From contig JBLWGC010000104.1 of the NCBI GenBank assembly GCA_048772705.1, forward strand, positions 558,001-622,000: 64,000 nucleotides of DNA, written 5' to 3'. The notes under the pieces were generated by a model. The model saw nothing but the letters and a program-made list of their open reading frames with translations, searched no databases and was not told the DNA's origin. Below are positions 36,595 through 50,503 of the stretch, piece by piece; position 1 is the first letter of the stretch; every line of letters starts with the position of its first letter. The position numbers and the translations under genes are program-made. This DNA comes from Leidyana gryllorum EB-2025a. Lineage: Eukaryota; Protista; Apicomplexa.

Positions 36595-39536
36595 TCACCG
36601 ATTCTGCTGCTGCTGCCAGGGCGCCCAGCCGTCTCCCCGAGGAGGGGGATAGCCTCCATACCCGCCACCACCAGTCGGATCCCCTGCACTGAAATGCACG
36701 GGCCGAATAGACTGCATATTGAATTCGAATGAAACCGCTCTCTGACTCGCCGGAGGTCCCCAATTCACTGTTCCCCCCCCACCAGGACTTGTAGTCGTTG
36801 GATGTAAAGGCGGCATTGCGACAGCAGGACTTGGCATGTGACTTGAAAGGTTGCCTGCACCGAGATTAACTTGCGGTGGAATCGGGAGAGGCGGCATATG
36901 ATGGTTCACTGGCAGCTGCGGCGGCACGTGCGGTGGTGGCCGCACGTTGTTATTCCGCTGCCCAGGCACCGCTTTAGGTCTCCAGGTTCGGGCGGTCGCG
37001 GCTCGCTGGTGATTATTGCGACGATCAAATCCAGCCGCCGGCAGCTCGAGAGTCGTTGACGAGCCGCCCGACGAAGACCGTCTACGCGGGTGACGAGGTG
37101 GCCGCAGTTGGTGCGGCGCCAGGGCCTGTTGAGACCACGGCCGCTGCGGAATCATCGACGGGACCGAAGGCGGAGGCGGTGGAGCAGCACTGGCGGTCTG
37201 CAGGGGTGACTGGGCACTAGGAGGGGTAGACGGAGGGGTTAGAGGGGATCCAGTGTGAAGCATCAACGCTGGCGGAGGGGGCGGAAACTCTAAAGGAGGA
37301 GGCGGGGTCGGAGGGGGAGGAAACGGAGCCGATTCTGGCAGCGAGCCCCCGGTGACAGTGCTGGTGGGGTCCCAAACCTTCTCCCGCACCGTAATGACTG
37401 CAACATCGCCTTCGTCCTCTTTATTCGACGACGGAGCTTTCGAAGTTCCCTCCTCGTCGCTTGACAATTCTACCAGGTCTATGGGGCCCTCCGCCTCCTT
37501 GTCCGCCTCCTCGGCGGGCGCCTCCGCGTCCTCATCTGAGTCGTCGTCTAATGCTTCTAACAGAGTCGACATTTGCTCCTGCCACGTTCCATCAGCCTGG
37601 AACTCAACGGCTTCGGCGTTCGGATCTGTGACCTGCGAAAAGAATACACAAATGAGGCGTAGAACAACGAACAGTGCCAACTCGGACCCTGAACTCCTTT
37701 GCGAGCCGCGGTCGTCCCTATGGCGTCGAACCAACTTACCGAGAGTATATGTTCAATGAAAGAATCTATAATCAGCTCCTTTGGCCGGATGAAAGCATTG
37801 CATTCGACACACTTCCAACGATTCGCAAATGCCTTGGTGGATTTAGTGACCTCCAGCCACGAATTGAGGTCGTAACATTGCAGATGGAGACAGGAACGTC
37901 CCCGAACAGGTACTCTGATACGAGTCAACGTGATGGGACATATTAGCTTGACACGACAACTGGTATCGATAATGTCAATTTCGTCGTCGTCGTCGTCAAC
38001 GGGGGCGGTGGGCGAACTCCCTCCCATACTAACGTCGCGCCCAAAGAAACGATTCACCATTCGCATGACCCGCTCTTTACTCTCTCCGAAGGACAGTCTT
38101 TGACTCACGAGCACTTCCGCCTGCAACACAATAAGTAACGAGTAGAACAACAGTCAACAGGGGTTAGATAGAATGAGGATACGGATTATTACAAGTGTTG
38201 ACACGCTGTACCAATCACCCATTTTAAGCCTCCCCCTTGGAAAAGTGACATTCAATCTTACCTCAATGTCTTCTGCATTTTTCTTATCACAAAGACATAA
38301 CCCGATGAAATATGGATCGTAGGGCTTTTGAGACTCCGTGAAGTTCTGAGCTTGAACTTCGATCACATTCTGCGGGTCCGCCAACAGATACGGCGTCAAC
38401 CTCATTGGAAGGTCTCGCCGCTTATGCTCGTACTCGGGCTTCATGATTTTCTCCAGGTTGTTGTTCACCTTCACCGATACAGTCATGGGCCATTCGTGGA
38501 TCAGTGGAGCATTCCAGTTGGTATACCGCAAGCAAAACAGAAAGACCTCGGCCCCACGGCGACGGAGCTCATGAATGTTCGGTGATTTCAGCGGCAAATT
38601 GCGTTTAGCGGGTTGCGATACACCCGGTTGCTGGTCATCGAACAAGGTGACCAAATGCAGCACAGACACCTAAGTGCGTGCCACTGAATTGGAAGGAAGA
38701 CCTTAAAGACAGTATGCTTACCGCCGGGTAGAATGGGTCAATTTGCTCCAAGCGGCACCTGGGACACATGAAGGGGATAGACCGCAGCTTGGGAGGTCGA
38801 TGGACACAGCAGCTGTGGAAGTGTTTCCTGCACTTATGGCACTGGACGAGTGTAGGCGGCTCGCTGAGTTTCAGGAGCATCTGTTGACTGGGTAAGCCTC
38901 TACATAGACAACTGTCCGCTTTGTCGACCTCCCGGGCGCGATCCAATCGCCGCCGCTTGCTATTCCTGGTGCTGAGGGATACATGTTTGTTGAGAGGTAT
39001 TGAAGGGGACACAGAATGCGGGATCAACAATTTGACAGGACCGGCTCGCTTGCGTGCAGACATCCGGTCCTCCAAGCTATTACTTGGTGCGAAGACGAAT
39101 TGAGCAAACGGTGTCTGGGGTGCGCCGCAAGTAGCGTGTGCGCGCACACACACGTGGGAAAAGGGGAGGGCATAAGAACGGAAAGTGGGGCTTACGTGAG
39201 GTCATCAGGTCTTCTAGTGCTTCTGTTTCGCATATTGGGATTATTAAGATTAGGGGAAGTGGGTCTGGGGGCAGGGGGGGTCGGCAAGGGAGGAGCAGTT
39301 CGTCTTCCACCCATGTTTTCAATCACTTCAATGAGACGGTCGCGTTTTGCATTATCCGCAATCCTGCAAATCAAGTCGGCCTTCTTTCCAGACTGCACCA
39401 ATTCGCATTCCTGGGCTATGGTGCGCAGTTCGGTGACTTTGAATCTGTTTAGTCTGGGGGGCGATACGAACGTCACCCATTCGCCAATAATAATTGAGAC
39501 TCACCGTTTCCTCCAGATATCGGGTTCACTTAGCAT
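36595..39536 (-). CDS. SIZ1: SUMO E3 ligase, SIZ1/PIAS family (SAP-PHD-PINIT-like-SP-RING, SIM, Pro-rich tail)
   Basis: SAP FKVTELR..SGKKADLICRI; PHD CLC..VQCHKC..HSCC..CPRC; SP-RING CPITLTRI..PVRGRSCLHLQCYD..WKCVEC; SIM LVELSSDEE. Confidence 0.92.
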
Positions 39537-39667
39537 CCTGCACCATAGCCGTCTGCCTGATTGAGGACGAAAAAGATTTGTTCAGTACGGAGAAGGTGGC
39601 TACTATAAACTAGTGCAACTGAGGCGAGTAATACAAGCAAGCCAGCCAACCGCAAATTTTCGGGCCG

Positions 39668-42600
39668 ATGGAACGTTTTGCTAAGGAGTTTCAGTCGGCT
39701 GTTACTAATGTGTTGGGGGGGCAGGTAGATTCGACAGCAAAACAGCAGGCAGCGGCCACCATTGCCCAACTCGGTTCATCTCCAGAAGGGGCGGAACTCG
39801 CGGTCTGGCTACTGTACAATTGGTGAGCACATGGGAAGATACGACTGACTGTTTATCTTCAAATTGAGACAGCCCAAACATACTGCCCGATATAGACCAA
39901 TCGCTTTTCGTCATATTGGGGCTTCTCCACGACTCATTGAGTACCTTTCCTTTGAAGGATCTATCAAAGCCAAAGACTGATGATGAGGTTCGATTTGCCA
40001 AGCAGGAAGCCCACTGGCACAAAGTGGCAGAACAGGCTCGTCAATATTGTGAACAATGTTTAAAGGTTGCATTGCTACCCTCAAGCGTCACCAATGCCAC
40101 TCCCGTGGCTGTTTTGAGGGTGGCCACTTCTCCAACTCTCAGTTCCAAGTTGAAGCAACTTTGCGGAGAGTTGTTGCTGTGGTTCAGGCCGAGCTGCTGG
40201 CAGGCTTTGGGTGATACGTTGGTGACAGCGGTGGCTAACCGCCAGCCGTCGCTTCCTCTGGAGCAGTACTTGGCTCCGACCAACCTTCTCTTTGGTATAA
40301 TGAAAGAGTTCCTTTGGCAGCTCAGCTCTGCCCCAGAAGGGTCAACGGGTCCGTCACGGCAGAGATCGGCCTGGGAGAACGGCAGAATGCTCTCCGTTCA
40401 GCGTCTAAACTACGCTGTGGACCTTCAGGATTTAGTCTTGTATGGTTGGGCGAGAATTGCCGATGATATCCAAGCTGCCGGGGATCACGGCCAGTCGATA
40501 CTGGATCCCCATTTAGAACTCTTCGCTGAAGTCTTGCAGATGGCAGTTCCGCTCTTCTGTACCGTCAACAGGACAGAGGCTCTACATGGCGCCCACTGGG
40601 CATTTTTCGCTGCTCCCGCGGTACTTCGATGTCTACGGCTGCGTACGATAGCGGAAGCTCTGTGCGAGGCGATATCGCAACTCACCACTCGGAAAGGCAA
40701 AGGCGTTCCGTTATCTGATCAGCCCGAAGCTAAGCGGACGGAGCTGCTGGAAGCGACCAAATCGGTTCTTACGCATGTTTTATTCCACACACATCCGTTG
40801 CTCGTCCCCGCGATGGCTGACGATGAGGATGTAAGCTCCCCACCCTTCTTTACCAGCCATTCTCTCTCAACTTTTCCTTTCAGGCGGTGTGGATGATCCA
40901 TCGACTATGTCAATCTCTCACGGCTCTCGTCGCTGTCCATTGCACGTCTACGGAAATCCCGTCTTTGATCGCGTTCGCCACAGCTATCACCACGCATCCC
41001 TCTTATATGTTGGCAATCGATGCTGCCAATTTGCTCAAGACTCTTTTCAAGGCTCCTTGCTGTCTGCCCGATCACGTCTCGGCCGATACATTCAGTAAGT
41101 CACACACAGAGCAATCTCCTCACCTATTGTGCAGATGTGATATGGGTACGCTGTATCAAAGCTGGAGACGTGGCACTGACCAAAATCTGTCATAAGCCAT
41201 TGGGTTGGATGGACTATTTGGTGAAATGGGTTCTTAAATCTTTCCTCGATGCGGTCGGTCTGCCGACTAAGAACGAGGAGAGCTGGTGGACCATCTCGGA
41301 GACGGCATCTGATGTGGATTCGAGTCTCTTTGCAGAGATCTATGACACATTGCCCCTCCGACTCGCGGCTTATCGTTCCGTGGTGAAGAACGTCATGTTC
41401 GAGGCGTCTCAGCGGTTCCCAGGTGAGGTTCAATCACGTTGAGTTTCGGCCTCCCAATATATCCCCTCCTCGACCTCCGCAGAACCCATCAAGAAATCTT
41501 TTGGTTGGATGATCAACACGCTTCTGAGTCACGAAGCGTTGGGAAAAGACGCATTCAATGACTTTGAACCCATCCCACCGCTGGCAGTAAAGAAAGTGCA
41601 CATGAAGCTTCGAGGGTATCTGTCACCAACGTGGGTGGCAATCGACTTTTTGGCTACGATGGTGGAGATGATGGCGCCGTGTACGGCTCTCCGGACGGAC
41701 TGCCTCGAAGCCACACTTGGATTGGCTCGACTGCCAATAACATTTGTGGATACTCAAATTCGACTGGAAGGGGTTCAATTGATCTTCGACCCGGCCATTG
41801 ACCCGAATAAAATGCCTACGCATTGGGCGTTGATAGAGTATCGGCGTTTGGCGCTCTATAACTCTTGCAGCTCACTGTTAGCGGAACGTGCACCCGAGTT
41901 CATACCCTATCTGATGAAACGCCTCTTGTTGGTCCCGCCGTCTCACTGGCCTCAGGCCAACGCGCAGGCCAGCTGGAACACACCCGATGAAGAGGAAGAC
42001 GAGTGTTATTTGATCAGACGTCGCAGCTGCAGAGCCATGGTGGATATGTGGGTAGAGGCTGCTCGACGCGGTGACAAGTTGGAGGTCACTCAGGAGAGTG
42101 TAAGAGAACTGATTGGTGTACTCGGCGTTCTTTCCAACCTATCGACTCTGACTGAGCCGGAGAGGAACTTTTATTCGGAACAAGTTCTCGCGGTCGCCTC
42201 GGCTATGGATCAACACGATCTTCAAGTGTCGGCTTTGACCTCGGTCGGTGCTTCAGTAATCTCGAACTGTATTCAACAGCTCCGGCTGGTCACAAGTGGA
42301 GGAACTGAAGGGATGCTGAACCATCTCTTTGGGGCACAACCCACGGATGAGTCGGCAGCGAAGAGTGCCTTGGACGCTCGGAGAGCGTTGTCTCGGTACC
42401 TGAGTGCGTTCGAGTCAATCTTGAAGAAGATTGTCCTCCCAGAGACCTGGGGTCGTCTCCGCAATGGCGGGTTTGTCAAGCCGAGGGACCGCACTTTGGA
42501 TACAATCCCCGATGAACCTGTTGGAGCGCATTCGTCCGCTATTCGGCCAAACGAGTTTGTCGTGGACAACCCCATGGGTTTGGTGTTGGCTGAATCCCAC

Positions 42601-44436
42601 ACACTGATGGGGCAGTTGGTGGTACAATTACTCGAAATGTGGCGGTATTTGGGAACTAATGAAACGGCCAAAGCCCGATGGGGTCGATTGTTTATGCAAC
42701 TGAACGAGGACGAGCTTGACGAGTTGGCGAAAACGAGGAAGATCGCTAAAGAGACTTTGCAGAAACAACTCAACTTGTCGTCCAATAATGAAGAGATGAT
42801 GGCAGCTCGACACCTCTCCAGCATCAGACTGATTGCTTTCCGGTCGTATGCTCATATGGTGAAGCTCGGAATGAGTATTGGTCTGCACGGACCCAACGCT
42901 GACGCTGGTGGACTGGTGTCGCATGTGAAGGAAATGCTGGGAAGAATGATCCATCAAGATCTCCTGAAATACGTACCTTTCTTGGTTAAGGATCTGCTGT
43001 ACAGACAAGTTATATGGGGTGGATATCTACACTGTTTCAATCCCAATGGACTGCCACAGGATGACAAGGCTGACATTCCTGTGCCAGTGGATGCTGGAGT
43101 GTTCAACTATCCTTCGGCTGCTGCTGTGAGTGGTCACCTCAAGATACTGGGAGTCATACTGGAGGAGAAACTGCCTATCATTCTGGCCGACATTGCCAAT
43201 GACTGGAAGAGTGCTGACCTGAGTAAGGATCAGATCGTTCGAGCCAAGACCGACTCTGAGGGCGTGCGCGAGCTAAAGACAATGGTCCATCTACTGCGTC
43301 TTCGTCAGTTGGCTATCACTACAATGGGAGTCAACGCGGGACTTCACAGTATCCTCAGTCTCAGCAGTCAAACTCCAGCCGTTGCCGAAACTATCGTGGT
43401 CTCTCCCATTGGGGATGACAGCAAGATTCTGTTTTTCAGAACCGAGCTGCACAGCATTCTGAAAATGGAAGTGTTCACCCACCCCCGATATCTGGACAGA
43501 ATCGTTGAGGCAGTGGTCTACTTGTTGAACATTCCAAGTCCTGATGTCTTGACTGGTGCACACGGCAATCTCAAGACTTTGCTACGCAGTCACTGGCGCT
43601 GCTTAACTACTGTCATCAACAATCTCGATGGCAGTACGCCGTCTCCCGCGGTGAAAAGGAAGAACAAACGACTCGATGCCAATGTCGTCAGGGCTATGCT
43701 CGACAAGGCAGCTCAGCAGGCCCGACACTTGTTCGATGCCGTTCTTTTACGGATGTTCGCACCCATAGACTACGATCCATACCTCGTCGTTGAAGTCGAT
43801 CTCCGCCAGCTGGGAGAAAATGTACTCATACGGCAACAGAAAGCCGCCATTGGCGGGTCTCGCGGACTGTCGGTCGCGGCCCAATATCATATCCTGGGAT
43901 TGCACAGCGACAGTCCCTTCAAGAAATTCCTGTCTCTGCCCATCAACGACCGGGGAGGGATCGCGATCAATGCCAACATATCTCCAGATGCCTTCTGGAC
44001 TCACGCGGTATCGAGTATCTACGACATCATCAGAACTATGGTTCAGGGCTTCACCGTCCGCTGCAACGTCCTCGTGCTGCATCGACCGCCCTTCAACAGC
44101 CAGACCACCCGTGAAGAGATATTGACACAGCTCTCCCTCGATCCCGCCCTGCAGTACGTTGTCAATACACTTGGCAACGAGTCCTTCTTCCCCTATGCCA
44201 TGGATCAGGACACTTGGACCGCCTGGATGCTCAACATGTCCAGCACAAAGTCATCCCACGACAATCGCAAAGCTAAAGAAGACATCCGACTTTTTGTCGT
44301 CGAAAACGTCAACCGTCTCCTGGGAGGAAAATCGTCCACAGTCGGCTGGAAACCAGTCTCCACTCATCAAGAGTCCGTTGCCCCCTTTGAAAAAGCCCTG
44401 GGAGACGGCTTCTGGATGCAGTCACTCTTTATGTGA
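39668..44436 (+). CDS. Large HEAT/ARM-type protein, importin-beta/exportin-like
   Basis: IBN_N-like N-terminus (AVTNVL..AKQQA..AVWLL), ~1500 aa helical protein over several exons; family call is tentative. Confidence 0.55.
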
Positions 44437-45097
44437 ATGACTTCTCACTCATCAACACATCAAAAGTTCAGCCTCAAAAACGGCTCAGTATATGGAAATT
44501 CAACCACTGAACGACGAACTTGAAAGATCGCCAGTGCGACGAATTTTTGACACACTTTAGAGTGACAGATCACAGGTCTCATTTTGGCTCCAAATATAAA
44601 TAGTTACATCTCTCTCCTGTCAAACTGTTGGTCACATCGCTGTCTAGCGGTGTCGGCCACCACGTCATCGGCCTCGTGCCCATTCTGTCGATGGTGGCGG
44701 TAAACGTCCCCTGGGGCGGCTTCAATTACTATAAACGGAATTTACATAGCTTCACACTTAGTCAAAAGGCACATAGGGGGGTACGTGGGCGCGCCCTCGA
44801 CCTTCCTCCAAGCTCCACGGTACAACGGGGCCCAATCTGGTGGGGCTGCCCCACTTGACTCACCCCTATCGACATCAAATAATGAGCAGCGGTACGGATT
44901 GCTGGTGGTAGCTACCGGCTAACGGTAGCTGCGGGCTAACGGTCGGTTCGGGTCACCGCTATGTGCCGAGTTGTTTCAATAAACAGCAGTCGCCCAAGGA
45001 GTTGGGACACTTGTGACATCCCACTCGGGACATTGGGACACGCTGTGGGACATATCGACAGCGGACTAAAATTGGTACGAGGAAGTGGTCGTTGAAG

Positions 45098-48000
45098 ATG
45101 ACAGCAGAGTGGATTTGGAACGAAGATACCGACAACTTTGGCTCCCTTTTTCTTAACATCTTAATCGCACTTATTCCTGGCGCATACCTCCTGTTGGTGG
45201 CTATTGGAGGTAGAATTGTTTGGCGAGAGAGATGGCAGGATCCTGTGGAAGCCCTGGAGGATGTTTACGGAGAGATGGGGCCGGTCAGACGAGTGCACAA
45301 GACAAACTGGATAACTTGGCAGGAAGTGACGAGCGTTGTGTTCACACTGATGGGCGTTCTGGCTTTCCTCTTTACCATGTTGCTTCTCCAAGTGGAAGGG
45401 AGGGGTGACCAGACCGACGACAGGTGGCAATCGATAGGCTGTTTGATGCTGAGTATCGATGGCTGCATTCTTATATCCTTCCACAGATCCTCGGTACGTG
45501 TGGATCCCCCCTCTCAGTTGACATGGTGTGGCCCGACAGAGAATGTGTCCGAAACGAGGCGACCGACGCATCGTTCCCCTGCGGCTGATACAAGTGTTTT
45601 GGGTTTTGGTCACTGCTGTGGCGGCTGTGCGGCTGGTATGGGGCATTCGTACACTCTACACCCGAGACAACGACGGTTTGTGGCTGGGACTGTGGCAATT
45701 CGTGTGGATATTTGAGCCCTGTGTACATATATTGTGCGGTGTGGCTGGCCTTGTGATCTTTGGCATCAGCAACTATGCTGCCCAGGATGTTTGGGGTATT
45801 TTGCGGGAGACCTTCCTTGCGGCGGACATCCCCCGTCTCCCTGGAGAGACCGATGTTGAGGCCCTGAAACGGCTGACAACGGCGGAGCCGCGGAAAGAGA
45901 CTCCCGAGTTCTCCGCTGGTCTCTGGAAGACTTTGTCTTTCCAATGGCTGAACCCGCTGATCCGTCTCGGGAACAAACGTTTATTCGAGTACGACGACTT
46001 CTTTGATTGTATGCCGAACGAGCATCCGGCAATTCTGTTTGCCCGATTTGACAAACTGTGGCGCGATCGAGTCAATAGTGGGAAGCCAATCAAACGGTGG
46101 AGTTTGGCAAATGTGGTATTCAAGTTTACTCTGCCCGAGACTCACTTTAGCTTTCTATACAAACTGGGCTACGATACTCTGCTTATGATAGCGCCGATAT
46201 TTCTGGATCTCGTCGTTTCCTATCTGACCGATCGGGAACAAGGCCACGAGTTGGCCACCCGCGGTCGTGGACTGATCTATGTGGCACTAATGGCGATGAA
46301 CGGAGTCTTACAGAGCATCGTGCTCCACCAATACTTCCACAACCAGTATCAATTGGGACTGCAGATCCGATCCGCGTTGTCCACAGCGGTGTACGAGAAA
46401 AGTTTGCGTCTGGACAAAAGTGAGTGATGGAAGAACAGTTCTGCAATCCATCTTCCCCTCAGCCAAAGCCGGAGAGAACGCGGATAATGATTTCTCCGCG
46501 GGCAAAGTCGTTAACCTTATGGGAGTCGACGCCCAAAGACTGTCTGATTTGATGGCTTATATCCATGTTGCCTGGAGCGCTCCGTATCAGATCATTGTGA
46601 CCTGTGTACTGCTGTGGGTCCAGATTCGATGGGCCACCTTCGCTGGTCTTGGAGTTATGATTGTCGCTCTGCCGATCCTCAAATCTGTTATGAGCCGAGT
46701 CAGACGCTACTACGGCGGCCTCTTGGAGGAGAAGGATCATCGAGTGAAAAAGACAACAGAGACACTGAATGGAATCCGGGCTGTCAAATACTATGTTTGG
46801 GAAGACGCACGATTGGAGACGATCAATGCAATCCGCGATGCAGAATTGAAACAGCTCAAGAAAGTCCAAAGTATTAATATCCTCAATCACACTTTGATGT
46901 ATGCCCTCCCTCCAATGGTAGCCATTGCCTCCTTCGCCGTCTATGTCCTCGGAATGGGAGAGACTCTGACTCCGGCCACCGCATTCACGGCCTTGGCTCT
47001 CTTCACCAACTTGGAGTTCCCTCTCGTAGTTCTCCCCGACATTATAAGTTCTCTCACCGAGTCCGCTGTGACTGTTGAGAGAATGCAAAACTTCCTTCTC
47101 CTTCCCAGTCTACCACCTCGAGAGTTTGTACCCTACCAACCGGGCTTGCCAGCTGTCGATATGCGGAATGTCACCGTACAAATCAGCAGTGACACTCCGC
47201 TGGTGGAAAGTTTCGATGTTCAAGTGGACAAGGGGCAGATGGTCGTCGTTGTGGGACGTACCGGTGTCGGAAAGACGGCATTCATTTCGACCCTCCTTGG
47301 CGACCTCGCGCCCGGCGACGGAGACATAAAGATCCGAGGCACAATGTCTTACTGCTCTCAGACTGCGTGGATTCAGACCGGAACCGTTCAGGACAATATC
47401 ATCTTTGGATCTCTCTTCGAAGAGGCAAAGTATAACCGCGTGGTGAAGGCCTGCGCTCTGGAATCAGATTTCCAGATCTTCCCGGACGGCGATCAGACTG
47501 AGATCGGAGAGCGCGGAATCAATCTGTCGGGCGGTCAGAAACAGCGAATCGCGTTGGCGAGAGCAGTGTACCGCGACTCTGACATTTACATCTTCGACGA
47601 CGTTCTCAGCGCCGTCGATACCCACGTCGCAGAGCACATTGTGCAGAACGTCTTTCTGGGACTCCTCAAAGACAAAGCCATTCTCCTCATTACTCACCGC
47701 TTCGAAGTGCTCGACCACGCCACCACCATTGTCTTTCTCCACGACCGCATCGCTGAGCAGTTCAAGTCAGTCGCCGAGGCCTCTGCGAGCCCTCTCTTCA
47801 ATGACTTGGCTGCCGAGAGTCTCCGGAAGATGGAAGAGGCAGCGGCGGAAGCTGAGGAAGAAGAGGAGCTGCTGAAAGAGGACCGGGGGGCGAGTAAAGA
47901 TCGTCAACGAGCCCATCAAGGCGGCGGAGTTGTGCCGAGTGGGTCTGTGGCGGGAGCCGAGTTGGCCGGATCGTCCTCGTTTCTGGTCGTTGGGGGAGGC

Positions 48001-50071
48001 AATGTGGACGAGTTGACTGACGAGGAGGGCGCAACTACTGTTCGACGAGGCAGTAGCCGAGCAGCTTCTGTGGCCAAATCTCTCTCAGCGATCAGTAAGA
48101 GGACCATTGGATCCCGAAGACGTTCGAGGGATCCCAGTGTACTGACTGCGGTGACCGAACCCGCCGCTTCTGGCAAGGCTGCCAAAAAAGGCAACCGAGT
48201 GGTGCTGATTGAGGAAGAGAAGATGGCAGTGGGGAAGGTCAGCAGAGACATTTATGCCAAATACTTCAAAGCCTGGGGCAATGGGAGCTGGTGGATGGCA
48301 CTGTGGGTCTGCATCACTCTAGTCGTGGGGCAGGCTGTCCAGGTCGGAGGCAGTTATTGGCTATCGATGTGGTCCCGTCAAGACGAATCTGATACAACAG
48401 AGGGTTTTCACATCGGGCCGGGTTGGGGCGTGGGAGGATATGCAATCTTCAACGCAGCAAGTATCGTACTGGTCGCCTTGATGGGCTGGCTGCTACTCGT
48501 TAGCACCCTGCGGGCCAGTAGGCTCTTCCACGCGAAACTTCTCGAGCGCACCGTTCGCGCGACTCTGTCATTCTTCGATTCGACCCCGGTGGGACGAATG
48601 CTCAGTCGATTCGCCAAAGACATCAACAGCATTGACCAAACGCTGCCGAATACACTGCATCAATACATGAGTTGTCTCGTGCAGATATTGGCTGTAATCA
48701 TAGTGGTGGCTGCTGTTATGCCTTGGATGCTTCTGGCTATCGCCCCTCTCGTTGTCATCTATCTGTACATCGAAAAGTTCTATGTGAACGTCGTACGACA
48801 ACTGAGACGCATTGAGAGCACTCTACGCGCTCCGGTACTGAGTAATTTCAGTGAGAGTTTCGAGGGTGCCACTGTCATCCGAGCCTTCCGAGCCATCGGC
48901 GCTTTCCGGTTGCAACATATGGATAAGATGAATGCCAATCTCGTTCTGATTTACATCAGTAACGCCGCTAACCGGTGGCTGGCGTTCCGTCTCGAGGCGG
49001 TTGGCACTTTTCTGATCGCGAGCACTGCGCTGGTGGCTGTCTTGACAGCGGAATCGTTGTCGGCAGCTCTGGGTGGCCTCGCCCTCAGCTACTGCATTAC
49101 CTATACAAATCGACTTAACTGGCTGGTCAGGATGGCTGGCGATCGTGAAGCCAACATTGTCGCTGTCGAGCGCCTCCTGGAGTACGATGCGGACGATTAC
49201 TGTCCGCAGGAACAATATGTCAGCAAACTCCCACCTAATACGACAGAGACCGATCCGGGAAGATTAGAGTTCAGCGGAGTTTGCCTTCAATACCGTCCCG
49301 GGCTTCCTTTCGCTTTGAAAGATGTATCTTTCGTAGTCAAAGCGGGTGAAAAGGTAAGTGTCTCTGAAGTGTCCACCCGTCACTCTGCGCAGGTCGGAGT
49401 TGTTGGTCGAACTGGTGCTGGAAAGTCCAGTCTGTTGGTGGCTCTTCTTCGCCTTACAGTACCCCAAGACGGTCACATAATTCTAAATGGGGTGGATACG
49501 GGGCCGATGTCGGTGTCGGAAATCCGCTCCAAAATCTCCATTATTCCCCAGGACTCGGTGCTGTTCTCGGGGACTTTGCGTAATAATCTGGATCCCTTCA
49601 ACGAGAATACGGACGAGAAGCTGTGGGAGACTCTGCGGCGGGCGTGTTTGCAGGAGTGGGCGAGTGGTCTCAAAGAGGGACTGGACTATCCGATTGCTGA
49701 GAACGGGAGCAATCTCAGCAACGGTCAAAAGCAATTGTTGTGTCTTGCACGAGTTCTCCTCAAAGACAATCGATTCCTTCTGCTTGATGAAGCCACGAGC
49801 GCTGTTGATCCACAAACAGACGCTCTGATCCAGAAGACTATACGCACAGAGTTCAGTCAGTGTACGATTCTGACAATCGCACACCGGATTCGCACGGTCA
49901 TCGATTATGACAAGGTGAGCTGATCAAAGCGAGACAGACACGACGATTCGTTCTCCCCTTTCACAGATCATCGTGATGGCCGATGGACGTGTGGCGGAGT
50001 ATGCCTCTCCACAGGAACTATTGGCCAATCCCGAGTCCATCTTTGCCGGAATGGTGCGGGCTGCTGATTGA
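45098..50071 (+). CDS. ABC transporter subfamily C (MRP-like)
   Basis: Two TMD-NBD halves; GRTGVGKT, ERGINLSGGQKQR, FFDSTPVGR, GRTGAGKSS, LDEATSAVD, TIAHR. Confidence 0.96.
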
Positions 50072-50347
50072 GCAGCTCCTCTAGGATTCTGTTGGCACCT
50101 GACTTTATTCCGCTCTGACAATCAAATGAGACTGGCCGGGCCCACCACGACAGCTGGAGCTGGCCAGCTCCCGGTGGAAGTGTGGGCGAGCGGGTGCTGA
50201 CCAAACACGACGCGGATCGTGGGGAGCGCTTATGCTTGGCTCGATCAAGGCTGGGATGGTGCTAATTGGCTGGCTGGCTGAGCACAACTCATCTGTCAAC
50301 GCTGTGTGCGTACAAAACAGCATGAGTTCCCGCAGAATACTGCTCAG

Positions 50348-50369
50348 CGATCGATCGATCGATCGATCG
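50348..50369. repeat. (GATC)n self-complementary microsatellite
   Basis: cgatcgatcgatcgatcgatcg between convergent genes. Confidence 0.85.
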
Positions 50370-50503
50370 GAGACATGTGATTGCTGTCAATACAAAGATT
50401 GAATTTGTTGGTGTGGTGAGCGGCGAAGAGCCATCCGAAGTCGAAAAAGGTTGAAAGCGAAGAATTGAATTGGAGGCAGTATAGCTTTACTCACGCCAGT
50501 TGC

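Noticed and set aside
44541-44575. Sm-site-like AATTTTTG followed by a small hairpin
   Set aside because: No U1/U2/U4/U5 hallmark (such as U5 loop GCCUUUUAC) upstream.
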